From Octopus sinensis (Eukaryota): DNA of 64,000 nt. A program made the translations under genes and the position numbers. The notes beneath the pieces are model-generated. The model saw only the letters and a program-made list of their open reading frames with translations, did no database searches and was not told the origin of the DNA. Each line of letters starts with the position of its first letter. Within the stretch, counting starts at the first letter, position 1. Positions 13,137 to 25,763 of this stretch are shown here, one piece after another. The DNA lies in contig NC_043001.1 of the NCBI RefSeq assembly GCF_006345805.1, positions 130,634,001 through 130,698,000 of the forward strand, in the 5' to 3' direction.

Positions 13137-14059
13137 TTGTATGTATATATATGTATGTATTCTATTATAGAATCAATCTTATTTACCTTTAGACTTTTTT
13201 TAGCAAACACTTTAATTCACAACAAATGTAAACATATCTCTATACTGAATATTTTGACGGACAAATCATACTTACATACATATTACAAACATAACGGCAA
13301 GCATTTCATTATGTACGTATGTATAAACAGGAAGGGATGAAAAGTAGCAAAATAGTGAAAAAAAAAGAAGGATTCAGAAATAACTGGTGAGTTATAGAAT
13401 GCAACTCACAACTAATGACTGATCAATATTCAAGTGCAATAAGGCAGTTGAGTTCACAGAATCGTTAACATGCCAGACAAAATGATTAGTGGCTTTGCAT
13501 CTGTTTTTATGCTTTAGGTTCAAATTCTGCCAAGGTCGATGCCGCCATTCGCCTCTTTTTAGGAATCAGTGTAATCCAACTTACTCCCTGCCTTGAAATT
13601 ACTGGGCTTGTACCTAACTTCGAAACCAATATTCAAGCACATTATTATTGTCAGAAATTTTTTGGAAAAAAATTTTTTTCTACTCCTTACTCTCCTTATT
13701 TGTGGTCATTGCACTTACACACATACGTGCGTGCATGCACACATACATACACATGTATAAACACATTAGCGTGTGTGTGTACATGTGTGTGTGTTATAAT
13801 CCAAATTGATTGAAGGAAGTCAGCCTTGCAAAGTAACTAACTCACTGTCCCATCTTTCGTTGGTTAGGCCTTACCAATCTGAAGAAAGGTAATCAAAATT
13901 AGGCAATTTGATGATTTAATTGAAATTAACAACGTCAACATCTACAGTGTAATTCCTGTTAGAAAATAACAGAAGAACTACTTTTGAAGTATTCATTAGA
14001 ACTCGGAATTCCAAGAACTCAAAACGCTGTGGCTAATAAGTTTTTTAATTGAACATCTA

Positions 14060-14102
14060 GTTAGAAGGGAAGAAGAAGGAGGAGAAGGAGAAGAAGAAGA
14101 AG

Positions 14103-14136
<34 letters not shown>

Positions 14137-14152
14137 AAGAAGAAGAAGAAGA
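14060..14152. repeat. (GAA)n microsatellite
   Basis: Direct tandem repeat. Confidence 0.95.
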
Positions 14153-14819
14153 CTACAAGCATCGCCACGATAAAGATGAAGGAAATGATAACAACAACAA
14201 CAATTAAAAAAGCATCTTAGGCCAAAACAAGGTATAATAATTGGGAGTAATATTCTTAAAAATGGAAACAGTATGTTTGATCCAATTTCGAAGCCTTAAA
14301 ATGTTAAGAATTTTTAATTTATTGAAATACATTATAAAGAAGAAAAGAACAGAGAGAGAGAGAGAGAGAGAGGGTGGTGGTGGTGGCAAGAGAGGGCAAG
14401 GAAGAGAAGGAAATGGAAATGGAGAGAGCTGAAGACAGATAATGGTAAGTAAGCAAAGGACTAATGAGAATGAGTAAGAGAGATAGGGGATTGGTAGACA
14501 GAGAAGAGGAAAGACAAGGAAGAGGTACTCTCCTTCTGCGAAGTGAAAAACTAGTAGGAGGGCTTTAATCGAAATAAACTGAAGTGAAATGAAAGAATGT
14601 TAGAATTACAGTTGGAAGCAAGTGAAAGAGGAACTGGAATCTTAGATTGAAAGAATGAGGAACAGATATGATTGTTGAATACCATTATTGATCAATTAAT
14701 CCTCTAATCAAAGTGGAAATACGCAGGTTTGATTAGAAGGAACTAAAACAACAGCAATGGAAACAACAACGACAGCAATGGCGATGATGATGATGATGAT
14801 GATGACAACAACGCTGTTA

Positions 14820-15200
<381 letters not shown>

Positions 15201-15456
15201 AAAAATAATGGAAAAAAAAAAGTGCTGATATAAATTAACCTACAAAACACCGAGGCATGAAACAACAGAGTAAACAGAGTTAAAAAGAGAGAACTGTTTA
15301 GTCATGCACAATAATCTTACTGTAAGGTGAAGGGGTGGGGTGAGGGGTTGGAAGGAAAAAGAAAGAATGACTAATGGAAGAATGAAATTGTTACGTTGTA
15401 GTGAACGATAGTGTTTACATACAAGCATATATGCCTACATACACATGCATATATAT

Positions 15457-15867
15457 ACTCTTACTCTTTTACTCTTTTACACTTTTACTTGTTTCAGTCA
15501 TTTGACTGCGGCCATGCTGGAGCACCGCCTTTAATCGAGCAACTCAACCCCGGGTCTTATTCTTTGTAAGCCCAGTACTTATTCTATCGGTCTCTAAGTG
15601 ACGGGAATGTAAACACACCAGCATCGGTTGTCAAGCAATGCTAGGGGGACAAACACAGACACACAAACATACGCACACATACATATATATATATATATAT
15701 ACATATATACGACAGGCTTCTTTCAGTTTCCGTCTACCAAATCCACTCACAAGGCATGGGTCGGCCCGAGGCTATACAGAAGACACTGCCAAGATGCCAC
15801 ACAGTGGGACTGAACCCGGAACCATGTGGTTAGCAAGCAAGCTACTTACCACAAGCCATCCTGTGCC
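15457..15867 (-). mobile_element. SINE family A
   Basis: Reverse complement of the 7147-7538 element. Confidence 0.92.
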
Positions 15868-16455
15868 TATATATATGTATATATATATAATATACATATA
15901 TATTATGTACATATATATATATACGTGTGTGTGTGTATCTTTTTGCATGCTGCGTGTGCTTGTGTGGGTGTGTGTAGCAAGCATTCTATCAGTAAGTGGT
16001 GTTTGAGGCTTTAATTCTAAATTTCAAAATTTCAAGAAATCTGAAGAACCAGTGAACAACTGATAATGGGTACATGGGTACAAACCATCATCATCATCAT
16101 CGGTTAATGTCTGTTTTCCATGCTAGCATGGGCTGGACGGTTCGACCGGAGTCTGGAAAGCCAGGAGGCTGCACCAGGCCCAGTCTGATCTGGCAGTGTT
16201 TCTACAGCTAGATGCCCTTCCTAACGCCAACCACTCCATGAGTATAGTGGGTGCTTTTTACATGCCACCGGCACACCACACACATATATATATATAATAT
16301 TATTAGGGAGTAAATCCAAACTTACAGGGAAAAATTATATATATATATTTATATATATATAATGTATATAATATTATTAGGGAGTAAATCCAAACTTACA
16401 GGGAAAAATTAGATTTAGGATTAAATCTAATTTTACAGTATAAATATATATATAT

Positions 16456-16696
16456 ATTAAATTAGAGATAAAACCACTATTAGGCAAATCAAACAGTGAT
16501 AAACATAACCAAAAAATAGAAATAACATTAATTAATATAATCATACAATATATAAATATATAATTTGAATTTTATATTTTATGAATTTTATATTTTATTA
16601 TTTTTGTATATTATATTAATTAATTTTATTTCTATGTTTTGGTCTATGTTTTTCACTGTTTGATTTGCCTAATAGTGGTTTTATCTCTAATTTAAT
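16456..16696. mobile_element. AT-rich fold-back / MITE-like element in (TA)n
   Basis: ATTAAATTAGAGATAAAACCACTATTAGGCAAATCAAACAGTGA at the left end has an exact reverse complement at the right end; the arms continue imperfectly for ~100 bp. Confidence 0.85.
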
Positions 16697-16935
16697 ATAT
16701 ATATTTATATATATATATATATATATATGAGAGGTATTGGTATGCAGAAGACCTAAGGTGGCAGGTAACGCTATGTAAGTGCTATGGAACGACCGTAATT
16801 AAACTCTCGGTTTGATAATGATATAAGTGAGGAGTCTAATGCTGGTCTTGTATGAGCATGTATATGTTGAATAAAATGAGACAACAAAGCCAATGCTGGG
16901 TGGAATTTTCAGTACATTTATAAAGAGAAAGTTAG

Positions 16936-16981
16936 TCTTACAGCTGTTTCTGGGATATTAGGGATATCCCTTCATCAGAGA
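16936..16981 (-). ncRNA. Minimal type-I hammerhead ribozyme motif, intact core
   Basis: Minus strand TCT-CTGATGA-A-GGGATATCCCTAATATCCC-A-GAAAC-AGCT-GTA-AGA. Confidence 0.75.
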
Positions 16982-17124
16982 GAAATATTAGAGTTCAATA
17001 TAAGGAGTTATTTTGCAAAAGGAAGCAAATAAGGATTATATAGGGAGATAGAATACTCCTTATTTGCTTCCTTTTCCAAAATAGCTCCCCATATTGAACT
17101 CTAATATTTCCCTCTATTTAACCA

Positions 17125-17170
17125 TCTCTGATGAAGGGATATTCCTAATATCCAAGAAACAGCTGTAGGA
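17125..17170 (+). ncRNA. Minimal type-I hammerhead ribozyme motif, intact core
   Basis: TCT-CTGATGA-A-GGGATATTCCTAATATCCA-A-GAAAC-AGCT-GTA-GGA. Confidence 0.72.
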
Positions 17171-17390
17171 CCAAGTTTTTCTTTATAAATGTCCTGAAAA
17201 TTCCACACAGCCTTGGCTTCATTGTCTCATTATATTTAATATATATATATATAATATATATATAACATGTATTTTATATAGAGAGGTACATATGCATACA
17301 CTTGTATATATATGTACATGTAAACATACATATATATATTTATATGTAAATGTACATATATGTGTATGTGTGTGAATGTATATGGAAATG

Positions 17391-17428
<38 letters not shown>

Positions 17429-18350
17429 AAATAATATGTACATTTACTCAATAGTCAAGATAAAACTCTGAGTTTCAGATGCTGAAGTGGAAATCCACAA
17501 CACCATCTCTTTGGTTATCTGGCCATCTGAAAAAACGCTAGGAAAAAATACCATTATATAAAGGGAAATTACTGTTATAATTCTGCTACTTATATAAAAT
17601 AAGATTAAAATTTCATAGTAAAACACGTAAACATGGCTAGTCATATGCTCACATGTGCGCTCGCGGACCCACTTGCGTACTTATGCGTCACTATGAAAAC
17701 GTACACATCTTCACTCGCATTTTTCGCCAAATATATACGCATATATATACAAACTCATACACACACACATGCGTACCGTAAAAGTTCATACATACGTCTA
17801 TATACGCACAAGCACAAGAAAAACCATGGTTAGAGGTAACAGAAAAAACATAAGGAAGTATACAAAGCATAAAAACCACGTTCATATATGGACATGCCCT
17901 TATACACTCATACACACACACGCCCATATATATATATACCCGCACATGTTTATATATGCAAGGAGGGTCAATACGAGTAAAATATAAATCAAAGGAGTCC
18001 AAGGGTAAAAAATAGTTGACAAAAACTTGAATAGATTGTACATGTAATTCAAAGGTGCAACCTTACCAAACAATCATGTTGGGCTGCACTAATTCTGCCT
18101 GAAGATTATGTTAATGTGTTTGTGGAATATTTTAACAATTTTCTTATACAATTCCTAGTAATATCTATTTATAAAAATATATGATTTTTTAAAATATCAA
18201 CCGGCTAGGAGGGCCCATCTAAGTAAAATATGCATCAAAAACTTCGGTTGAGAAACAATTGTATGTTCAACATTCATCTAAGAAACAACAACTCTGCAGC
18301 ATTGATGAGTTTTTGCATTTACTCTTACTCTTTTTACTCTTTTACTTGTT

Positions 18351-19538
18351 TCAGTCATTTGACTGTGGCCATGTTGGAGCACCACCTTTAGTCGAGCAAA
18401 TCGACTCCAGGACTTATTCTATCAATCTCTTTTGCTAAACTATACATATATACAACGGGCTTCTTGCCCAAGGTGCCATGCAGTGGGACTGGATCCAGAA
18501 CCATGTGGTTGGTAAGCAAGCTGCTTACCACACAGCCACTCCTATTGCCTATTCATGTTTAAGATCACACAGTCATATAAAAAAAATGAATTCTACATTT
18601 GCCCCAAGGACACTTTATCTTACTCTTACTGACAGCTATTATTTCGCTCAGTCATTTGACTGTGGCCATGCTGGAGCACCATCTTTAATCGAGCAAATCG
18701 ACTCCAGGACTTATTCTATCAATCTCTTTTGCCAAACTATACATATATACAACGGGCTTCTTGCATAAGGTGCCACGCAGTGGGACTGAACCCGGAACCA
18801 TGTGGTTGGTAAGCAAGCTGCTTACCACACAGCCACTCCTATTGCCTATTCATGTTTAAGATCACACAGTCATATAAAAAAAATGAATTCTACATTTGCC
18901 CCAAGGACACTTTATCTTACTCTTACTGACAGCTATTATTTCGCTCAGTCATTTGACTGTGGCCATGCTGGAGCACCACCTTTAGTCGAGCAAATCGACT
19001 CCAGGACTTATTCTATCAATCTCTTTTGCCGAACTATACATATATACAACGGGCTTCTTGCCCAAGGTGCCACGCAGTGGGACTGAACCCGGAACCTTGT
19101 GGTTGGTAAGCAAGCTGCTTACCACACAGCCACTCCTATTGCTTATTCATGTTTAAGATCACACAGTCATATAAAAAAAATGAATTCTACATTTGCCCCA
19201 AGGACCCTTTATCTTACTCTTACTGACAGCTATTATTTCGGTCAGTCATTTGACTGTGGCCATGCTGGAGCACCATCTTTAGTCGAGCAAATCGACCCCA
19301 GGATTTATTCTATCAATCTCTTTTACCGAACTATACATATATACAACGGGCTTCTTGCCCAAGGTGCCACGAAGTAGGACTGAACCCGGAACCTTGTGGT
19401 TGGTAAGCAAGCTGCTTACCACACGGCCACTCCTATTGCCTATTCATGTTTAAGATCACACAGTCATATAAAAAAAATGAATTCTACATTTGTCCCAAGG
19501 ACCCTTTATCTTACTCTTACTGATAGCTATTATTTCGC
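18351..19538. repeat. Tandem array of 4 x 297 bp (internally deleted SINE A plus ~105 bp of flank)
   Basis: Unit starts tcagtcatttgactgtggccatg at 18351, 18648, 18945 and 19242. Confidence 0.95.
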
Positions 19539-19970
19539 TGTCAGTATTGTTGAAGTATAACCGAGTTCTTGATCTCAACAAAAGCAGCATTAGTCTGTCT
19601 TATCAATGCAAGAATATATTACATTTGAGTCACTTCATTTTAGCTAATTATCAGCAAAATTCTTAACAACATAACTATACTTGCACTTATGAATGATATA
19701 TGCTTCTGCACCAAGGTTTCTCAGGTAATGTCCAACTTAAGAACTAACTAGGCTTCATGTTGTTTGACTTTAGTGATCAGATAAGAACTAATGTTTTAAA
19801 CATAATATGGTTGCGAATAAGTAGAGAGCTGAAAAATGTAAGCTGTTATACAAAGAGGTAAGGTGCAAGATGCCACACAGTGGGACTGAACCCGGAACTT
19901 TGTGGTTATGAAGCAAACTTTTTATCACACATCCACGCTCGCACCTGATATAGTAAAATGATTTATTAAC

Positions 19971-20203
19971 AAGGCGGCGAGCTGGCAGAACCGTTAGCAC
20001 GCTGGGCGAAATGCGTAGCCATATTTCGTCTGCCATTACGTTCCGAGTTCAAATTCCGCCGAGGTCGACTTTACCTTTCATCCTTTCGGGGTCGATAAAT
20101 TAAGTACCAGTTACACACTGGGGTCGATGTAATCGACTTCATCCGTTTGTCTGTCCTTGTTTGTCCTTTCTGTGTTTAGCCCCTTGTGGGTAGTAACGAA
20201 AAG
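19971..20203 (+). mobile_element. SINE family B, full length
   Basis: TSD gatttattaac at 19960-19970 and 20204-20214. Confidence 0.93.
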
Positions 20204-21127
20204 GATTTATTAACGTCAAAGAGTATTAAACTTTGCTTTCTTTCCACCAAAAGTTTTCAAGAGCATCATACGACGGATGGGAAATGTGGGGAATCGCAGT
20301 TCTGTACTATTAAACCAAATTTGAAATTATGTACCAGCAGTGTCAGCAAGTAGTTTTAAACACATACACACACACACACACACTAACACACTCGTTCACA
20401 CGCATTCGTCAAAAAGCACACACTCAAATGTGCATAAAACACATCCGCACGCTTAAATCTACACATTGAGTTTGAAAATAACCGTTTCAATAAATATTAG
20501 CATAAAACAGTCCGATACTATGCTGGAGGCCATATTTTTGTTGAGCAAACAAAATTCCAGTAAGAGGGAAGAAAAGCGGAGGCAAAGAAGATACAGTGAA
20601 AAGACAGGGAGTAAGGAAAAGGGACAGACAGTGTATTCGAACGAACAGCAAGACATTAAAAATACTAAAGTCAACAAACATTTTAAGTTCAATAAACTAA
20701 AGATTTTTACACCATGGTAAAGGTAAAAAGTTCAAAACAGTGTGTTTTGTAGAAGAGAAAGGGAATGGCACTCCAGCTCAGCACAACCTTAGAGATGAAA
20801 TTAATAAAAGAATAAATATATATATAGACACACATATATATATATATATATGAAACACTATATGTATACATATATGTGCATGTGTGTGTGTATATATACA
20901 TATATATAATATATATATATGTGTGTGTGTATATATAAGCTCAGCAAAATTTAGATTCAAATGAATATGGTACTTAAGTTAGATGCACCAGAATTCTGCA
21001 CGGTGTTATCCATATAAATCCATGGGGTGATTATAATCAAAATAAGCAACAAGAATAACTCTGGTGCCATGATAGATCGTTAGCTCCTACACGCTTTTTT
21101 TTCTCTCCTTGTTTTTTTTTCTGTGTA

Positions 21128-21165
21128 TCTTTCTGTCGAAGAGCGTAGGCTTGAAACGTAAAAGA
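21128..21165 (+). ncRNA. Minimal hammerhead motif with one core substitution (CUGUCGA) in a ~200-bp PLE-derived element
   Basis: TCTTT-CTGTCGA-A-GAGC-GTAG-GCTT-GAAAC-GTA-AAAGA; perfect 5-bp stem I and an ACGT palindrome as stem III. Confidence 0.6.
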
Positions 21166-21262
21166 CTTGTTCTATTTCTATTCCTGAGCGCCATACTAAT
21201 ACATTTGTTTGTTTGTACTCCATCTGCCTTTGTCTTTTGTTTATTTTCGTAAACCTTCCTGT

Positions 21263-21306
<44 letters not shown>

Positions 21307-21730
21307 TACATTTCCTTTTCTCCATCAGCTCAACTGTTAGTTTCTCTTCTCCCTATCTCTGTTTGTATACAAATTTATTCAGTTTTGTACCAAACAGAAG
21401 CACCACATATATATCTCCTCACTCAACGTCTCTTTTTCCATGCTGGCATGGGTTGGATAATTCACCAGGAACTGATGAACCAGAGCTTCATTACCTGTTT
21501 TGTCACAGTTTCTGCAGCTGGAAGCTTGTCATAATGTTAACAACTTCATAGAGTATCATAGGTGCTTTTTTCTTTTCTAGCACCAGCACTAATGAGGTCC
21601 CCAAGTCACTTGCAAGACAAGACCCCTCAACTGAGTGCTGTATACTACTGGCAGAAGTGGTGTGATAGTGAAACAGAAGCTGGTGCCTCACTGAAGCGAT
21701 AAATAAACAGCTTAAAGCACGTGCACACAT

Positions 21731-21762
<32 letters not shown>

Positions 21763-22001
21763 GTGTGTGTACGTGTGAGTGATTGAATGAAAGAAAGTAG
21801 CATTCAGAACATTTAGTTGGATTTACATGTATTTTATGACAGTGTGGCTCAGATCCCAATTAGTTTTTTGGGGTCACTGGATAAGCCCACCTCACTAAAT
21901 GTTTAAAGACCTAATCTTTTTCTCCAGATATCTGAAATATTATAACTACATTTAAGTGTATATATCCATGTGGGCTTCAATCTCTCTCTCTCAGCCATTC
22001 A

Positions 22002-22044
<43 letters not shown>

Positions 22045-22115
22045 ATATATATATATTTATTTTATTTTTATTTTATCTAGTTCAGCTCAACGAGCTGTGG
22101 CCATGCTGGGGCACC

Positions 22116-22148
<33 letters not shown>

Positions 22149-22249
22149 TAATATATATATATATATATATGTGTGTGTATATAAATATATGTTTCTGTAT
22201 CTGTGTGTGTGTGTGTGTGTACATCTATATGTATATACATGTGAGCGTG

Positions 22250-22284
<35 letters not shown>

Positions 22285-22367
22285 ATATACTACACATACA
22301 CAAACATATATATCTGTGTGTACATGCATATGTATGTGTGCATACATTCATTCATCCATCCATCTAC

Positions 22368-22386
22368 CCATACATACATACATACA

Positions 22387-22419
<33 letters not shown>

Positions 22420-22747
22420 GCATACATACATACATACATACATACATACATGCATACATACATGCATACATACATGCATGTATGCATACATACATACATA
22501 CATACATGCATACATACATACATACATATATGCATGCGTACATACATACATACATATATGCATATACATACATATATACATACATACATACATATATGCA
22601 TACATACATACATGCATACATGCATGCATACATACAGACATACATACATACATATATACATACATACATACATAATTACATACATATATACATACATACA
22701 TATATGCATACATGCATACATACATAATTACATACATACATACATAA

Positions 22748-22785
<38 letters not shown>

Positions 22786-22822
22786 GCATACATGCATACA
22801 TACATACATACATGCATGCATG

Positions 22823-22854
<32 letters not shown>

Positions 22855-22971
22855 CATACATACATACATAATTACATACATAATTACATACATACATACA
22901 TAATTACATACATACATACATACATACATAATTACATACATATATACATACATACATACATACATACATAA

Positions 22972-23002
<31 letters not shown>

Positions 23003-23027
23003 CATACATACATACATACATACATAA

Positions 23028-23058
<31 letters not shown>

Positions 23059-23130
23059 CATACATACATACATACATAATTACATACATACATACATACA
23101 TACATATATGCATGCATGCGTACATACATA
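22368..23130. repeat. (TACA)n compound microsatellite
   Basis: About 760 bp of TACA with TGCA and TAAT variants; source of the HTYI/YVCM ORFs. Confidence 0.97.
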
Positions 23131-23682
23131 TACACATGTTCACTTTTATATAAGGTGCTGATTTCAATTCTCAAAGGAAACTGTCCCACTTCTATGGCTC
23201 ATGCCCTAGGGAAACACGGGAATACTTCAAATTCTCATTTTCTCTTGAGGGCTTCACAAATACATTGTAAGTGGGTGTATGTGTGTAGATGTGTGTCCGT
23301 GCATCTCTATGTATATGAGTGTGTGTGTGTGTCTGTGTGTGCGTGTGAGTATCTGTGTGTGTGTGTGTGTGTGTGTGATATATGGTCATATATCTTTGCA
23401 TGATTACATCTATGTATCTAACATGCATATATGTCACTCTTCTCACACATTTTCTATATTTTTGTAGGTATATATATATATATATATATATGTACATGTA
23501 AACATATAAAATGTATACGTATATGTAGTCAGATACATAAACAGATAGACTAATAAATATATCTCTATATACATACATATTTAACATATATAATCTAACA
23601 TGCATACATGAATATATAAATACATATATATATATATATACACACAAACCACATATATATATATATATATATTAAAATTATA

Positions 23683-23737
<55 letters not shown>

Positions 23738-23950
23738 AGTTGATCCAAACAGAAAACACAAAAAAACAAAAAACACAACAACGCAAGGACATGGAACAAA
23801 TATAGTATTATTGGACGCTCAGGAAAGAAGGAAAGAAGGAGGGTTTAATGTTTCAAGCGGAGCTCATCGTCGGAAACATAGGAGAAAGAAAGATCCAGAG
23901 AAGTGAGACAGAGGAAAAAAAATCGCCAATGGTACACACGAGGTCACACT
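23738..23950 (-). mobile_element. Short non-autonomous PLE-derived element in (TA)n, with a decayed hammerhead at 23843-23877
   Basis: Minus strand GTTT-CCGACGA-T-GAGCTCCGCTT-GAAAC-ATT-AAAC. Related copies lie at ~27432-27635 (+), ~28940-29140 (+) and 63925-64000 (-). Confidence 0.7.
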
Positions 23951-23991
23951 TATATACACATATATTTATATATATATGTGCATATATATAG

Positions 23992-24024
<33 letters not shown>

Positions 24025-24081
24025 ATATATATATTTATACATATGTGTATATATATATATACATTATATAATATATATATA

Positions 24082-24113
<32 letters not shown>

Positions 24114-24171
24114 ATATATATATGCATATATATATATCTATATTCTATATCTATATCTATATATCTATACC

Positions 24172-24211
<40 letters not shown>

Positions 24212-24538
24212 GGCGCAGATGTGGCTGTGTGGTAAGAAACTTGCTTCCCAACCACTTGGTTCCTACTGCATGCAACTTGGACAAGTGTCTTCTATTATAG
24301 ACTCAGGCTGATCAAAGCCTTATGAATGAATCTGGTAGATGGAAACTGAAAGAAGCCCTTTGTATGTGTGTGTGTATGTATGTATGTATGTATGTATGTA
24401 TGTATATATATATTATATACATATATATACATCTATGTATTTGTGTCTGTGTTTGGTCACCCCTCCACCACTTGACAACAGCCCACAAACTATTCTACTC
24501 TACCTATGTAAACTGTGGGTAGGCGGGTATGATACCTA

Positions 24539-25355
24539 CTATGTATATTTCCTATTTCGTATTAGGAAAGTTTCAATTATGAGGACGTACTCCTGTATTT
24601 GTCTAAGTGTTGGGTTCTTTGGGTGCTTGGATAAGATGCGGATGTCGAGTTGACCCAGGTTGCCTCCATGTTGGTTCTGGGTATGTTCGTAGAGCATGGA
24701 GGACTGTTTTTTGTCATCATATTGTCTTGAATGTTCATTTAGTCGTTCCGTAATGCTCCCAGATGTCTCCCCTATGTATATCATGTTCATATCTTTACAA
24801 GCACCTTCTATGCATCTTATGCTGTAAACTACATTTCTAGTTCTACAGTTAATGCCAGGACAAATCCTACATACCATGCAGTTATCATTGGTGCATATGG
24901 TATTTTCGAAGGGATATGTCCTACATAGTTGTGATCTGACGGAGTTCACTGGCTTTTCAACAATATCAATGTTGAGTTTGGTATCCTTCAGAGCTTTTCT
25001 AAACCTACGGGTTAGTTCTCCATGGGCTGTGGCCTCTACAAATATCACTCTTTGATATTTGTCAGTTTTATACCACGTGTTCACCCTGTTTGCTTCGTCA
25101 CAAGTTCTTTGTATCCTATTCCAGTCTGTGTTTCGATATCTAAGGCAGGTACCACTGGTGTCATTATGTATAACATTACCTAATTTCTTTCTAGCACCCC
25201 TGTATACTCAAACCCTATCTTTCTGAACATGTCCAGAGAACTGCATGCGGTGCATGAAGTTCTGTATATGCTTTTTCATTTCATTGGGTTCGCATAGTGG
25301 GGACATGTTGTTCATTATCACAACTAAGTCTGCCATCAGTATGTTAATTTTCATG
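24539..25355 (-). mobile_element. Penelope-like element fragment: RT C-terminal region plus GIY-YIG endonuclease (pseudogenised)
   Basis: 181-aa ORF 24539-25084 contains CxxxxCxxC...CRTRNVVYSIRC..C...IYIGETSGSITERLNEH..SMLYEHTQNQH, a PLE GIY-YIG. The upstream part is disrupted. Confidence 0.9.
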
Positions 25356-25371
25356 TTGTATATTCTTTTAT

Positions 25372-25763
25372 TTGTTTATCTGTTCAACATTTGACTGTGG
25401 CCATGCTGGAGCACCACCTTTAGTTGAGCAAATCGACCCAAGGACTTATTCTTTGAAAGCCTAATACTTATTCTATTGGTCTCTTTTGCCAAACTGCTAA
25501 ATTACAGGGATGCAAACACACCTGCATCGGTTGTCATGCAATGTTGGGGGCACAAACACTCAAATATAATATACACACACATACATCCATATATATATAT
25601 ATACAACAAGCTTCTTTCAGTTTCCGTCTACCAAATCCACTCAAGACTTTGGTTGGCCCAAGGCTATAGCAGAAGACATTACCCAAGATGCCATGCAGTG
25701 GGACTGAACCTGGAACCATGTGATTGGTAAGCAAGCTACTTACCAGACACCCACTCCTGCACT
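25372..25763 (-). mobile_element. SINE family A (diverged)
   Basis: Reverse complement of the family A sequence. Confidence 0.88.

Larger units (their letters stand above)
16866..17240. mobile_element. Inverted-repeat (fold-back) PLE-derived element carrying two hammerhead motifs
   Basis: Arms ~16866-17035 and ~17056-17240 are reverse complements, with a ~20-nt spacer. Confidence 0.85.

Noticed and set aside
17508-17530. TCTTTGGTTATCT, matching the first 13 nt of miR-9
   Set aside because: The 3' half diverges from miR-9 and no complementary star arm (ATAAAGCTA-like) follows.
18351-19538. Regular repeats as a CRISPR array or a tandem gene family (92-96-aa ORFs)
   Set aside because: There are no unique spacers, the units are SINE-derived, and the ORFs recur only because 297 is a multiple of 3.
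21956-23167. Long ORFs of 239-266 aa (HTYI/YVCM repeats), and poly-I/L ORFs elsewhere
   Set aside because: They are stop-free translations of (TACA)n, (TA)n and (AAT)n microsatellites.
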